32,407 bases of DNA from a virus (IMGVR_UViG_3300032218_001253:1-32407); one strand, 5' to 3'; positions 1-8,713 are shown, counted from the first letter of the stretch. Program-made: numbers and translations. The notes: generated by a model not told the origin, from the sequence alone.

Positions 1-1
1 C

Positions 2-745
2 GCGGGTGCAGCGCAAGATTGGCGTGTACGCATAAAACTACCTTCAGGATCAAGCTATCTATATAATGACGGTAGCAATCAGATATTACAACCATTGAGA
101 ACAGCAGGCGGTGTTATATTTCCCTACACACCACAAGTAACAGTAAACTATGTAGCTAACTATGAAGCACAAACATTGATGCATAGTAACTATAAGGTAT
201 TTCAATATCAAAGCAGTAGTGTAGATAGTATACAGATTACAGGAGAGTTCACTGCACAAGATAATATGGAAGCTAATTACCTACTAGCTGTCATACATTT
301 TTTCAGGTCTGCTACTAAGATGTTTTATGGACAGGATCAGAATCCACCGATTGGAACACCCCCACCGGTTATGTATCTATATGGATATGGACCATATCAA
401 TTCGATGGGTTACCAATGGTAATAAACAGTTTTAATTATAGTTTACCCACAGATGTGGATTTTATTCCTACACAAGGGCATTATACTGGTGTACAAGTTA
501 CTCAACAATCAATGCCACAACCTCAGGGATTGTTCGGTAGATTAGGAGCTAGCATAATGCCAGGTGGTATGCCGCCTCCTCCTAAATTTAATATAACAAG
601 TACGCAAGCTGGGAATAGTGCAAATTGGGTACCTACTAAATTATCTATAACTATAAGCTGCTATCCAGTATATAGTAGAAATGATGTCAGCAATAGATTT
701 AGCTTCCAAGGTTATGCTAACGGTAGCCTTAAAGGAATGTGGTAA
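2..745 (+). CDS. 5'-truncated phage baseplate / tail tube initiator-like protein (gp48/gp54-type, tentative)
   Basis: The frame of ORF 95..745 is open back to position 2 (AGAAQDWRVRIKLPSGSSYLYNDGSNQILQPLRTAGGVIFPYTP), so the TTG at 95 is internal. The motifs FPYTP, IQITGEFTAQ, PPPVMYLYGYG and VINSFNYSLPTDVD resemble tube-fold baseplate proteins that precede gp53-like genes in large myoviruses. Confidence 0.6.
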   Translation, partial: AGAAQDWRVRIKLPSGSSYLYNDGSNQILQPLRTAGGVIFPYTPQVTVNYVANYEAQTLMHSNYKVFQYQSSSVDSIQITGEFTAQDNMEANYLLAVIHFFRSATKMFYGQDQNPPIGTPPPVMYLYGYGPYQFDGLPMVINSFNYSLPTDVDFIPTQGHYTGVQVTQQSMPQPQGLFGRLGASIMPGGMPPPPKFNITSTQAGNSANWVPTKLSITISCYPVYSRNDVSNRFSFQGYANGSLKGMW

Positions 746-763
746 TAAAATATCAATCTCAAA

Positions 764-768
764 AGGAG
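764..768 (+). promoter_or_regulatory. Shine-Dalgarno AGGAG for the ATG at 777
   Basis: AAAAGGAGAATTTAAAATG: AGGAG lies 8 nt upstream of the ATG. Confidence 0.8.
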
Positions 769-776
769 AATTTAAA

Positions 777-1949
777 ATGACTACTGAAAACGAGAAGAAG
801 GAAGAAGATAAAGGGCTTAAGCCAGGGATATCTAGCGATTTCACTGCTGGAAAAGACCAGAACGTAACTGATCCACAAGCAGGTATAGAAGTTGGAGCAA
901 ATGTTTCAGTAAGCGCAGAAGCAGGTGGAGTGACATTCACTGCTGAAGCAGACGCAGAAGCACATGCTAGCGCCGGAACATTGGTAACTGACACATCAGT
1001 TGCTGCTTCTGCCGAGGCAGGGGTAAGTGCTGAAGTAAGTATAGGCGCTGAAACAACAGTAGGAGGTGTTGATCTTGCAACCGAAGCACACGTTGGAGCC
1101 GAAGCACACGTTGGAGCTGAAGCACAAGCAGGGTGGGATGGTCGAAATGCTTATGCTACCGCTGGTGTTGAAGCAGGAGCTAGCGTAGAAGCAGGTGCTA
1201 GTACTAGTGCCACAATCGGCGATGTTACTATTACTAATGAAGTACATGCAACAGCATCGGCAGAAGCTCATGCAGGCGCCAGTGCACAGATCGGCGCAGA
1301 TGGTGCTAGTGGTCAGGCAGGCGCAGTAGCAGGAGTCAGTGTTGGAGTTGGTGCGTCGAGCGGCACTTATGATTCTAGTGGAAACGGAGCGCAAGCAGGT
1401 GCCGGTGTTAGTATCGGAGCACAAGTTGGAGCAGAAGTAGGCGGTGGTGCTACTATGGATGACGGTGTTGTTACTGTGGGACTCAGCGGAGAAGTTGCAC
1501 TACTAGCAGGTGTTGAACTTGATATGAGTGTTAGTGTTGATACTAAGCCTGCGCAGGAAGCTGCTAAAATAGCTGCTGATGAAGCACAAAAGGCTGCTAA
1601 AATAGCGGAGCATAAAGCTGCTGAAGCAAAGAGAGAAGCAGAGCGTGTGGCTGCGGAAGCACAACGCCAAGCAGAAGAAGCAGCTAGAGCAGCACAGGCT
1701 GAATTAGATAGACAAGCTGAAGCTGCTAGAAGGGTTGCTGAGGATAACGCTAGGAGAGCAGCAGAAGAAGCTGCTAGAGCAGCACAGGCAGCACAAGATG
1801 AACTCAATAGACAAGCCGAAGAAGCTGCTAGAGCAGCACAGGCAGCACAAGATGAACTCAATAGACAAGCCGAAGCTGCTAAAAGAGCAGCCGAAGATGC
1901 TGGACGTAAAATGAAGGATGCTTTCAATCCTAAAAAATGGAGAATCTAA
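777..1949 (+). CDS. Hypothetical 390 aa protein: Ala/Gly/Val-rich alternating beta-hairpin domain followed by an Ala/Glu/Arg coiled coil
   Basis: Start moved from 681 to ATG 777 (strong SD, no overlap with the upstream gene). About 880-1541 encodes alternating small-hydrophobic/polar strands; about 1550-1910 encodes EEAARAAQ-type helical repeats. Function unknown. Confidence 0.85.
   Translation: MTTENEKKEEDKGLKPGISSDFTAGKDQNVTDPQAGIEVGANVSVSAEAGGVTFTAEADAEAHASAGTLVTDTSVAASAEAGVSAEVSIGAETTVGGVDLATEAHVGAEAHVGAEAQAGWDGRNAYATAGVEAGASVEAGASTSATIGDVTITNEVHATASAEAHAGASAQIGADGASGQAGAVAGVSVGVGASSGTYDSSGNGAQAGAGVSIGAQVGAEVGGGATMDDGVVTVGLSGEVALLAGVELDMSVSVDTKPAQEAAKIAADEAQKAAKIAEHKAAEAKREAERVAAEAQRQAEEAARAAQAELDRQAEAARRVAEDNARRAAEEAARAAQAAQDELNRQAEEAARAAQAAQDELNRQAEAAKRAAEDAGRKMKDAFNPKKWRI
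1081..1126 (+). repeat. 18-bp in-frame tandem repeat, about 2.5 copies (EAHVGA)
   Basis: ccgaagcacacgttggag is exact at 1081-1098 and 1099-1116, followed by ctgaagcaca. Confidence 0.9.
1764..1875 (+). repeat. Perfect 54-bp in-frame tandem duplication (EEAARAAQAAQDELNRQA x2)
   Basis: 1764-1817 is identical to 1818-1871, with 4 further matching bases; a degenerate shorter copy starts at 1674. Confidence 0.95.
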
Positions 1950-2212
1950 TGGTAATAGATGAAAAGACAGAAGTAACTTTTCCTCTTAAATTATTGATAT
2001 CAATAGTAACTGTAATTGTTCTAGCATCTTGGTATGTGTTTACTACACAGAATCGAATAGGTGATCTTGAACATGCACAAAAAATGATAGAAGAAAGATT
2101 TTCTAATTATATAAAACAACCAGGTAGAAATACTATGGATGTTGAATTATTAAAGAAAGATTTAGAATATCTTCATAAAGAGATTGAACAATTGAAGAGA
2201 GGATTAAAATAA
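1949..2212 (+). CDS. Small single-pass membrane protein with C-terminal coiled coil (87 aa)
   Basis: ATG at 1949 overlaps the upstream stop (TAATG) and has GGAG at 1939-1942. Hydrophobic segment LLISIVTVIVLASWYVF is followed by a heptad-like LLKKDLEYLHKEIEQLK. Alternative start at 1937. Confidence 0.8.
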   Translation: MVIDEKTEVTFPLKLLISIVTVIVLASWYVFTTQNRIGDLEHAQKMIEERFSNYIKQPGRNTMDVELLKKDLEYLHKEIEQLKRGLK

Positions 2213-2526
2213 TGGCTGTCACACAATATTATAATCCTGCTAGCCCTTATAGCACTACAGATATAGTTAAAAATACATATCTTGATGTTATAAATTACAA
2301 AGTTATACCAAAATACGCCTCTGATATTTTGTATACCATACTTCCTCAGTATGAGTACAGACCCGATTTGCTGGCATATGATTTATATAAAAATTCAAAA
2401 TTATGGTGGGTTTTTGCAGGAAGAAATCCTAACACCTTAGGTGCAGATCCGTATTTTTATTTCACTTCTGGGACTCAGATTTATATACCCAGATATGAAA
2501 CTTTAAAGAATGTATTAGGTTTGTGA
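2212..2526 (+). CDS. gp53: Baseplate wedge subunit, T4 gp53-like (LysM-like fold)
   Basis: Signature YEYRPDLLAYDLYKNSKLWWVFA..NP...G.QIYIP; TAATG overlap and GAGAGGA SD; baseplate context. Confidence 0.8.
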   Translation: MAVTQYYNPASPYSTTDIVKNTYLDVINYKVIPKYASDILYTILPQYEYRPDLLAYDLYKNSKLWWVFAGRNPNTLGADPYFYFTSGTQIYIPRYETLKNVLGL

Positions 2527-2527
2527 T

Positions 2528-4954
2528 ATGGCATATCGTAATTTAAAAGATGCAATAGGAAATATACAAGGACCAGAAGCGAGCATACCTGAACCTGCTA
2601 TACCGTCGACTAGCGACGATAGCGGCAGAGAAGACACGATAAAACAATTAGCCAATACAGAAGTTGATGCATATCTAGGTCCATCAACTTCTGCATCAGA
2701 TTCTGGTGCAGGAGCAGGAAGAGGTAGTGTAGTCGAACAACCAGGTGAACGTGCAGCATATGAAGCCGAACAGAATGCTGATTCAGGAAATTCTGATTCA
2801 GGAAGCCCTAGTGAGACTAATGCATCTGGTAGTAACGGTGGTGATGATTTTCAATATAGTAAATTTGATAGTAATGGTAGTGATAGTAAACCGGGAAGAA
2901 GATTGCAGAATCCTTTAGGGGACTACATGAACTACACATATCAAATAACTTTATATATGGTAACACCACAAGGTTATGATGCATTTGTTGCTAGTGGTAG
3001 AAACTCTGTGACTGCTGCCGGAAGTTTCTATATAGTATGCCAGAGTGGCGGCGTGAATAATGGATTTAGAGCACCTAATTTTCAATATGATTATGGTATT
3101 GATAATTTACAGATTCAATGTAACGTGACTCAAAAAGAAACCGGAAGCACAGTTATACTCAGTTCAGATATAACTTTTCAGATTTTTGAACCATATGGAT
3201 TTAGTTTCATGACTAATCTGCGTAGAGCAGCAGATACTTTATATGGTGCTAATCCACAAGTTAGTAATTTAAGTCTTACTAAACAAGATTTTATATTAGG
3301 TATACGCTTTCATGGATATGATGTAAATGGAGTAGCAGTTTCGGATACAGATTTATTTGAACATTTTATTGATATACAGATCAGTGAGATGAAGTTTAAA
3401 CTAGACGGTAGAATGGTAGTTTACAATGTAAAGGCTATTACTAAACCAGTACAATCTGGGTTTAATATTAGCAAGGGCACATCTAAGTTCCCTCAAGCAG
3501 TTACAGCAGGTACGGTTAAAGAGGGAGTAGAAAAATATCTTGAACAAATAAACAAGAGTGAAAAGGATCTAGCAGAAAAAGGAGGTAGAACACCAACAAA
3601 ATATATTGTTAATTGGTTAAACGGTACTGATATAATCTATAACTCAGTATTAACTAGCAAAGCTGAAAAACCTAACGGAAACAGGGCAAATTCCGCAAAC
3701 AATGTAGATAAAAAAGCTGATTCTAACCCAGCCAATGAAAAAGCAAATCAAAACACAAATACGAGTAAAATAACATTAAGTCATGCCAATGACCAACCTA
3801 TCGTTCAAGCTGTAAGTGATATGGTAAAGCAAAGTCAATTTATGGAAAATCAACTTACCGTATTATATCCTAACAAACCCGATCCAGATGACAAAAAGAA
3901 AAATCAAGATCCTATAACTCCGGATGGTAAAAGTAAATCTATAAGTTGGATAAGCACACTAGCGAAAATAACTAATCAAAAATGGGACAAAAAAATAAAC
4001 AACTATAGCTATGATATTGAATATGGAATATCATTATATAATACTCCTTCTGTCCCTAGTCCGGTAGTAGATTCAAATAATCGATATCCAGGACCAGTGA
4101 AAAGATATGAGTACTGGTATACTGGTCAAAATAGCGAAGTGTTACACTTTGAACAACAGTTTGATAATTTATTCATGAATGTTGTAGTTGGTATAGGTAA
4201 TGATAGTAGTCAGAATGCAATCAATACCGCAGACGGTCTTCAACCAAATCAATCAAGAGCAGGAAGGTCTTTAGGTAGTGCATCAGCTTCTGTCAATAGC
4301 TACATGACATCATTATACGATCCGAACACATTAGCGAAAGCTAAAATAACTATATTAGGTGATCCTGACTTTTTACCTTCATATCCTACTTTCGGAGAAG
4401 GACAATCATATGATCAAAATTATACTAGTCAACAAGGTGGGAATGGCGTCAATTTTGCCGGCGGTCAGGTTTTTATCGAACTTCACTTTAATGAAGGAAT
4501 AGATTACAATAATTCTGAAGGTGTTATGGATATTAATAGTTCTATACAATTAGTAGAATACCCTTCAGACATACAAGCTAGTTTGGATAGTAGAGGTGGC
4601 GGAATAATATATCAGATAACTAAAATAACAAGTGTATTCCAAGGTGGAAATTTTAAACAAATTTTAGAATGTGATCAGACACTTTTTGGTCTACCCGAAC
4701 AACAACCAAATAGTTCTGATAGTGAGCGTTCAGAATCAAATTCAGAGGCAGAGTCAGGTAACACAGAAACTCGTAATGAGTCTCAAGGAACATTTGGTGC
4801 TGGTTTAGGAATGAATGAGCCTGAAGAACCTCCGGTGCAACCTTCCGACCCACCATTAGCGCCTATAGGGCAGAATGAAATAAATCCAAATACTGGAAAT
4901 TTCATAGGTATAACAGGAGAAACACAATTACCTACATTTGGTTTTGGAGCTTAA
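2528..4954 (+). CDS. Putative baseplate hub protein (gp27-like position) with acidic low-complexity termini
   Basis: 808 aa ORF between gp53-like and gp5-like genes. Motifs NPL..Y.NYTY.ITL, YEYWYTGQNSEVL.F, AKITILGDP and YQITKITSVFQGGNFKQILE fit hub-type beta folds. Assignment rests mainly on synteny. Confidence 0.6.
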   Translation: MAYRNLKDAIGNIQGPEASIPEPAIPSTSDDSGREDTIKQLANTEVDAYLGPSTSASDSGAGAGRGSVVEQPGERAAYEAEQNADSGNSDSGSPSETNASGSNGGDDFQYSKFDSNGSDSKPGRRLQNPLGDYMNYTYQITLYMVTPQGYDAFVASGRNSVTAAGSFYIVCQSGGVNNGFRAPNFQYDYGIDNLQIQCNVTQKETGSTVILSSDITFQIFEPYGFSFMTNLRRAADTLYGANPQVSNLSLTKQDFILGIRFHGYDVNGVAVSDTDLFEHFIDIQISEMKFKLDGRMVVYNVKAITKPVQSGFNISKGTSKFPQAVTAGTVKEGVEKYLEQINKSEKDLAEKGGRTPTKYIVNWLNGTDIIYNSVLTSKAEKPNGNRANSANNVDKKADSNPANEKANQNTNTSKITLSHANDQPIVQAVSDMVKQSQFMENQLTVLYPNKPDPDDKKKNQDPITPDGKSKSISWISTLAKITNQKWDKKINNYSYDIEYGISLYNTPSVPSPVVDSNNRYPGPVKRYEYWYTGQNSEVLHFEQQFDNLFMNVVVGIGNDSSQNAINTADGLQPNQSRAGRSLGSASASVNSYMTSLYDPNTLAKAKITILGDPDFLPSYPTFGEGQSYDQNYTSQQGGNGVNFAGGQVFIELHFNEGIDYNNSEGVMDINSSIQLVEYPSDIQASLDSRGGGIIYQITKITSVFQGGNFKQILECDQTLFGLPEQQPNSSDSERSESNSEAESGNTETRNESQGTFGAGLGMNEPEEPPVQPSDPPLAPIGQNEINPNTGNFIGITGETQLPTFGFGA

Positions 4955-4964
4955 AAGGTGAAAT

Positions 4965-7900
4965 ATGCGTGATTTAGTTAAAACATCAGGACAATTAAAA
5001 TCTGCGAATCCCATGACAGGTGGCGCAGGAATGGGATCGCCTATCATTGCAACAGTAAAAGATAACATCGATCCTACACGTTCAGGTAGAATACGAGTTC
5101 TATTATCAAACAAATTACCTAACGATCCGGATAGTAGCAAAAACTGGATCACAGTGAGCAAACTAAGTGCATTTTCTGGATCTACTGGCGGTAGTAGCGG
5201 ATCATCTGGTAGTGGAAGTTTTAAGACTAATCCTAGCAGTTATGGTATGGCTAGCAGTCCTCCTGACATAGGTAGTCAGGTACTTTGTATATTTGCTAAT
5301 AATGATATCAATCAGGGATTTTATATCGGTGGCGTACCCAGTGCTAGTGAGATGCATAGTGTTCCTGTAGCAGGTGCAGCGACAGATAATGTTGTACCTA
5401 ATGAGGGAGAAGCAAACAGCTTAGGCGGAGCACCTAGATTACCTGTCACTAATTTCAATAACAATAACAGTGAGAGCAGTCAAGGTGATTTTAATGATCA
5501 ACCTAGACCAGTGCATAGTAGCAGTGCGGCTATACACGCACAGCAAGGTACAGTAAGAGACGCAGTAAGAGGACCAAGCGGTAGTAGTTCAGCACGTGAT
5601 CCTGTGAATCGTGTTGGTTTCGGTGTCAATACTCCAGGTAGACCTATCTATAAAGGAGGATACGATGACACTAGTATCGCTCAAAATCTAGATCCTAGCA
5701 AAGGAGATCAGCTATCAGTAGAATCTCGTAGAAACGGTCATAGCATAAGCATGGATGACGGTGATCTTGTTGGTAGAGATCAGGGCATGACTATACGTTC
5801 TGCGTTGGGCCATCAGATAAAAATGAGTGATGATGGACAGACTCTAATGATATTGCATAGCAATGGGCAAAGTTATGTTGAATTAGGTAAAGAAGGTACT
5901 ATAGATATATTTGGAACTAATAGCTTCAATGTAAGAACACAGGGTGATATAAATCTACATGCTGATAGAAACGTTACTATACATGCTGCTGAAAATCTAA
6001 ACTTACAGGCAAAAAACATACAGATAAACAGTGAAGAAGCTACTAAGGCTAGAGCAGGCACTGATATTTCTATATCGGCATCTGCTAAGATGACAGGGCT
6101 TTCAGGTGGACCTATAGCTTGGCAAGCTAAAGGAGAAGCCAGTCTTGTAGGTGGTGGACAGACCTTTGTTAATGGTAGCAAAGTAAATCTTAATAGTGGA
6201 AGTCCAAGTGAGACTCCCGAACCAGTATCACCTATCCCTCTAGTCGCACACACAGATACATTGCATGATGCAGACAAAGGATTTGCCGGCGCGCCAGGTA
6301 AACAGCTTAGTACAACAAGCAGAATGCCTACACATGCTCCTTTTGCAGGTGCAGGTCAAGGTGTAGATGTCAAGAATAGTCCTAACGCAAGTGACAATCT
6401 TCCGCAACCTGCATCTCCGAGTACAGGTGCTGCTAATCAAGCAGCAGCAGCTACTAATCCAATACCACCTGCGGTCGCAACTATGGCTTCTGCACCTGCA
6501 GGTATTCCTTCTATTAGCGATGCGATGAATATGAATGTGACTGCCGCATCTATAGCGCAAGTCGCTACAGCAGCAGCATCGGGACCTCTAGCGAGTGCAG
6601 TAAAAGCCGGAGCAGGTATTATAAAAACAGCACAAGGAGCTATAGGTGCAGTAGGAAGTCTTGGATTAACACCTTCACAGTTAGATTTAGGTGGTGCATT
6701 GAAACCCGGCGCAGGAATACTAGTTAATGCTATGATTCAAGCTGGTAAACCTATGAAACGTTCTATGCCAAACTCTGTGTTTTCTGGTAAGATACCAGGA
6801 GCTACGAGCTTAGACGCAATGATAAAATCTCCTAGCGCACAGTCTACTACACTAGTCAATACTATGAAGAAAGCACAGAGTGCCTTGACAGTAGTCGGTG
6901 CGATATCAGGTAGAGAAGCACCAACTCAGATTTCAGGTTTAGTACATGCTGCTTCTACGGTAGGTTTAGGACCAACATTAGCCGCAGTTCACAGTGTAAC
7001 TTCACTTGCTAAAACAGCTAGCAATGTTTTAGGAGCAGCATCTGTTTTACCTTCAGGTGCATCAGCCGCGGTAAGTGCATTTGCAGGCTCTGCTAGTATG
7101 GCTAGTGGATTGATTAGTAACATAACTTCGCCTTCTGGGTTGATAAGCGGCGCAGCAGGGATAACTAATTCACTGAGCGGATCACTTAGTGGAGCATTGG
7201 GAGGTGCAGCAGGATCTGCTAAAGCAGCATTGTCTGCTATAGGTGCAGGAGGTGCAGCAGCGCAATTAACCGAATCTATTGGTGGATTAGGAGGAATACA
7301 AGCAGCTATGACATCTATGGGAACTGTTCCCACTTTATCTGGTCTGATAGATAAGGTAGAAGGTGTAGCAGCCTCAGCATTCAATGCAGTTAAAAATAGC
7401 TTTAAACCACTAAAAGCCGGGGTCCCGCAAAATCTCACACAGATCGCAAAAGATAACGCTGCTGAAGCAGCAAGCATGGCAAACATGACTGGATCTCAGT
7501 TAGGTGGTATTGGTAATAGCTTGAGTGGATTAGCCGGTGGAGCGTCTGGCTTGACAGGTGCCTTAAGCTCTATAGCAGGCGGCGCTAGCGGAATATCAAG
7601 TATATCAGGATCGCTCGGTGGTGCTACTAGTTTACTTTCAGGTTTAAACAATTCTGTTTCTAGTATAACCGGGGCATTGAAAAATGCAAGTAGGGCAGTT
7701 TCGGCTATATCAGGTGTTACCGGTAGCAGTGCATTAGGTAATATAGGTGCAGCATTATCAGGTGGTGCGGCACTGACTAATTTAATAAGTAGAGTAGGTG
7801 GGAGCCCATTAAACATGACTACCGGCGGGATCAACAACGCTATACATAGTGTACAAGGGTTGGTAGGTGTCTCAAAAACAAACAGTCACAATGATATATA

Positions 7901-8702
7901 TAGAGCAGCACAGGTAATAAACAGTGGTTCTATAGGTTCATTAAGCTCGCATCTAGCTAGCGGTATAAGTAATTTGCCAGGTGGTATAAACACGATTGCT
8001 AGTGTAGTAAATAATGCTCCAGGAGCTACTAACGTAATACCAGGAGCAAGTTCATTAGCACCGTTGATTAAAAATGCTACATCTGGATTGATGAATGGAT
8101 TAGGTACAGTAGCGAGTGTGTCAGGAGCTGTAAACAAAGCTATAGGAGGGCTATCTAATCTAGGTGGAGGTCTAGGTGGACTATCCGGTGGCATATCAGG
8201 AGCATTAGGTGGACTAGCAGGCGGGAATCTAGGAAAATTAGGTGGACTTACGTCATTAGCTACCGCAGGCTTGCCAGTAGGTGCTATAGCACAATTACAA
8301 TCAAGTATCGCAAGCCTAGCAGGTGGAAATCCAAGCACAGTATCATTGCCTAGTATAGGTTTCAATACATTGAGCAGAGATCAAATCAGCGGACAAGTAG
8401 ATAAGATATTAGGTGATAAAGGAATACCTTCGCCCAATCTTACAGGATCTATACCAGAATCTGCAAAACAATCATTAGACTCTAAGGTAGAAGGTCTCAA
8501 CAAACAGTTCAATCAATTAGCAAAGAAAGCGCAAGATTTCCGTGCCCAAGATCAAAAACTAATGGCAGAGTTCTTGAGCAAACGTGATCAATATGGTGCT
8601 AATGATCCTAATACAAAGTCAGCACAAGCGGCATGGAAATCACATGCTAATAGCGCAGAATGGATCAATATACAGAAGCAGATCGAAAACCTCACAGGGT
8701 AA
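4965..8702 (+). CDS. gp5: Baseplate central spike, gp5/VgrG-like (OB fold + beta-helix) with long Gly/Ala/Ser-rich extension
   Basis: OB-fold motifs ATVKDNIDPTRSGRIRV and PPDIGSQVLCIF; beta-helix repeats from GHSISMDD through GDINLHADRNVTIHAAENLNLQA to GSKVNLNSG; SD AAGGTGA upstream. Confidence 0.8.
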   Translation: MRDLVKTSGQLKSANPMTGGAGMGSPIIATVKDNIDPTRSGRIRVLLSNKLPNDPDSSKNWITVSKLSAFSGSTGGSSGSSGSGSFKTNPSSYGMASSPPDIGSQVLCIFANNDINQGFYIGGVPSASEMHSVPVAGAATDNVVPNEGEANSLGGAPRLPVTNFNNNNSESSQGDFNDQPRPVHSSSAAIHAQQGTVRDAVRGPSGSSSARDPVNRVGFGVNTPGRPIYKGGYDDTSIAQNLDPSKGDQLSVESRRNGHSISMDDGDLVGRDQGMTIRSALGHQIKMSDDGQTLMILHSNGQSYVELGKEGTIDIFGTNSFNVRTQGDINLHADRNVTIHAAENLNLQAKNIQINSEEATKARAGTDISISASAKMTGLSGGPIAWQAKGEASLVGGGQTFVNGSKVNLNSGSPSETPEPVSPIPLVAHTDTLHDADKGFAGAPGKQLSTTSRMPTHAPFAGAGQGVDVKNSPNASDNLPQPASPSTGAANQAAAATNPIPPAVATMASAPAGIPSISDAMNMNVTAASIAQVATAAASGPLASAVKAGAGIIKTAQGAIGAVGSLGLTPSQLDLGGALKPGAGILVNAMIQAGKPMKRSMPNSVFSGKIPGATSLDAMIKSPSAQSTTLVNTMKKAQSALTVVGAISGREAPTQISGLVHAASTVGLGPTLAAVHSVTSLAKTASNVLGAASVLPSGASAAVSAFAGSASMASGLISNITSPSGLISGAAGITNSLSGSLSGALGGAAGSAKAALSAIGAGGAAAQLTESIGGLGGIQAAMTSMGTVPTLSGLIDKVEGVAASAFNAVKNSFKPLKAGVPQNLTQIAKDNAAEAASMANMTGSQLGGIGNSLSGLAGGASGLTGALSSIAGGASGISSISGSLGGATSLLSGLNNSVSSITGALKNASRAVSAISGVTGSSALGNIGAALSGGAALTNLISRVGGSPLNMTTGGINNAIHSVQGLVGVSKTNSHNDIYRAAQVINSGSIGSLSSHLASGISNLPGGINTIASVVNNAPGATNVIPGASSLAPLIKNATSGLMNGLGTVASVSGAVNKAIGGLSNLGGGLGGLSGGISGALGGLAGGNLGKLGGLTSLATAGLPVGAIAQLQSSIASLAGGNPSTVSLPSIGFNTLSRDQISGQVDKILGDKGIPSPNLTGSIPESAKQSLDSKVEGLNKQFNQLAKKAQDFRAQDQKLMAEFLSKRDQYGANDPNTKSAQAAWKSHANSAEWINIQKQIENLTG

Positions 8703-8705
8703 GAT

Positions 8706-8713
8706 CATAAATA
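8706..8713 (+). promoter_or_regulatory. T4-type late promoter-like motif CATAAATA
   Basis: 7/8 match to the T4 late consensus TATAAATA, in the short gap before gp25; the same ATAAATA core recurs in two other intergenic gaps. Confidence 0.65.

Noticed and set aside
95-97. TTG start of the first ORF as given by the track
   Set aside because: The frame is open to the window edge and includes the conserved-looking DWRVR motif, so the gene starts upstream.
757-769. TCTC-AAAAG-GAGA mini-hairpin over the SD
   Set aside because: Only 4 bp, too weak to call.
681-776. N-terminal extension of the 422 aa ORF
   Set aside because: It overlaps the upstream gene, and ATG 777 has a strong SD.
1764-1875. 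Direct repeats as a CRISPR array or attachment site
   Set aside because: No spacers; the unit is a multiple of 3 and lies in frame in a coiled coil.
641-1927. Minus-strand ORFs 641-994, 996-1424 and 1367-1927
   Set aside because: Antisense shadows of Ala/Gly-rich GCN/GGN codons, with no independent coding signal.
777-1949. Raised GC suggesting recent horizontal transfer from a high-GC host
   Set aside because: Third positions remain mostly A/T (gca, gct, gga, ggt), so amino-acid composition explains the GC. Foreign origin is not supported by GC alone.
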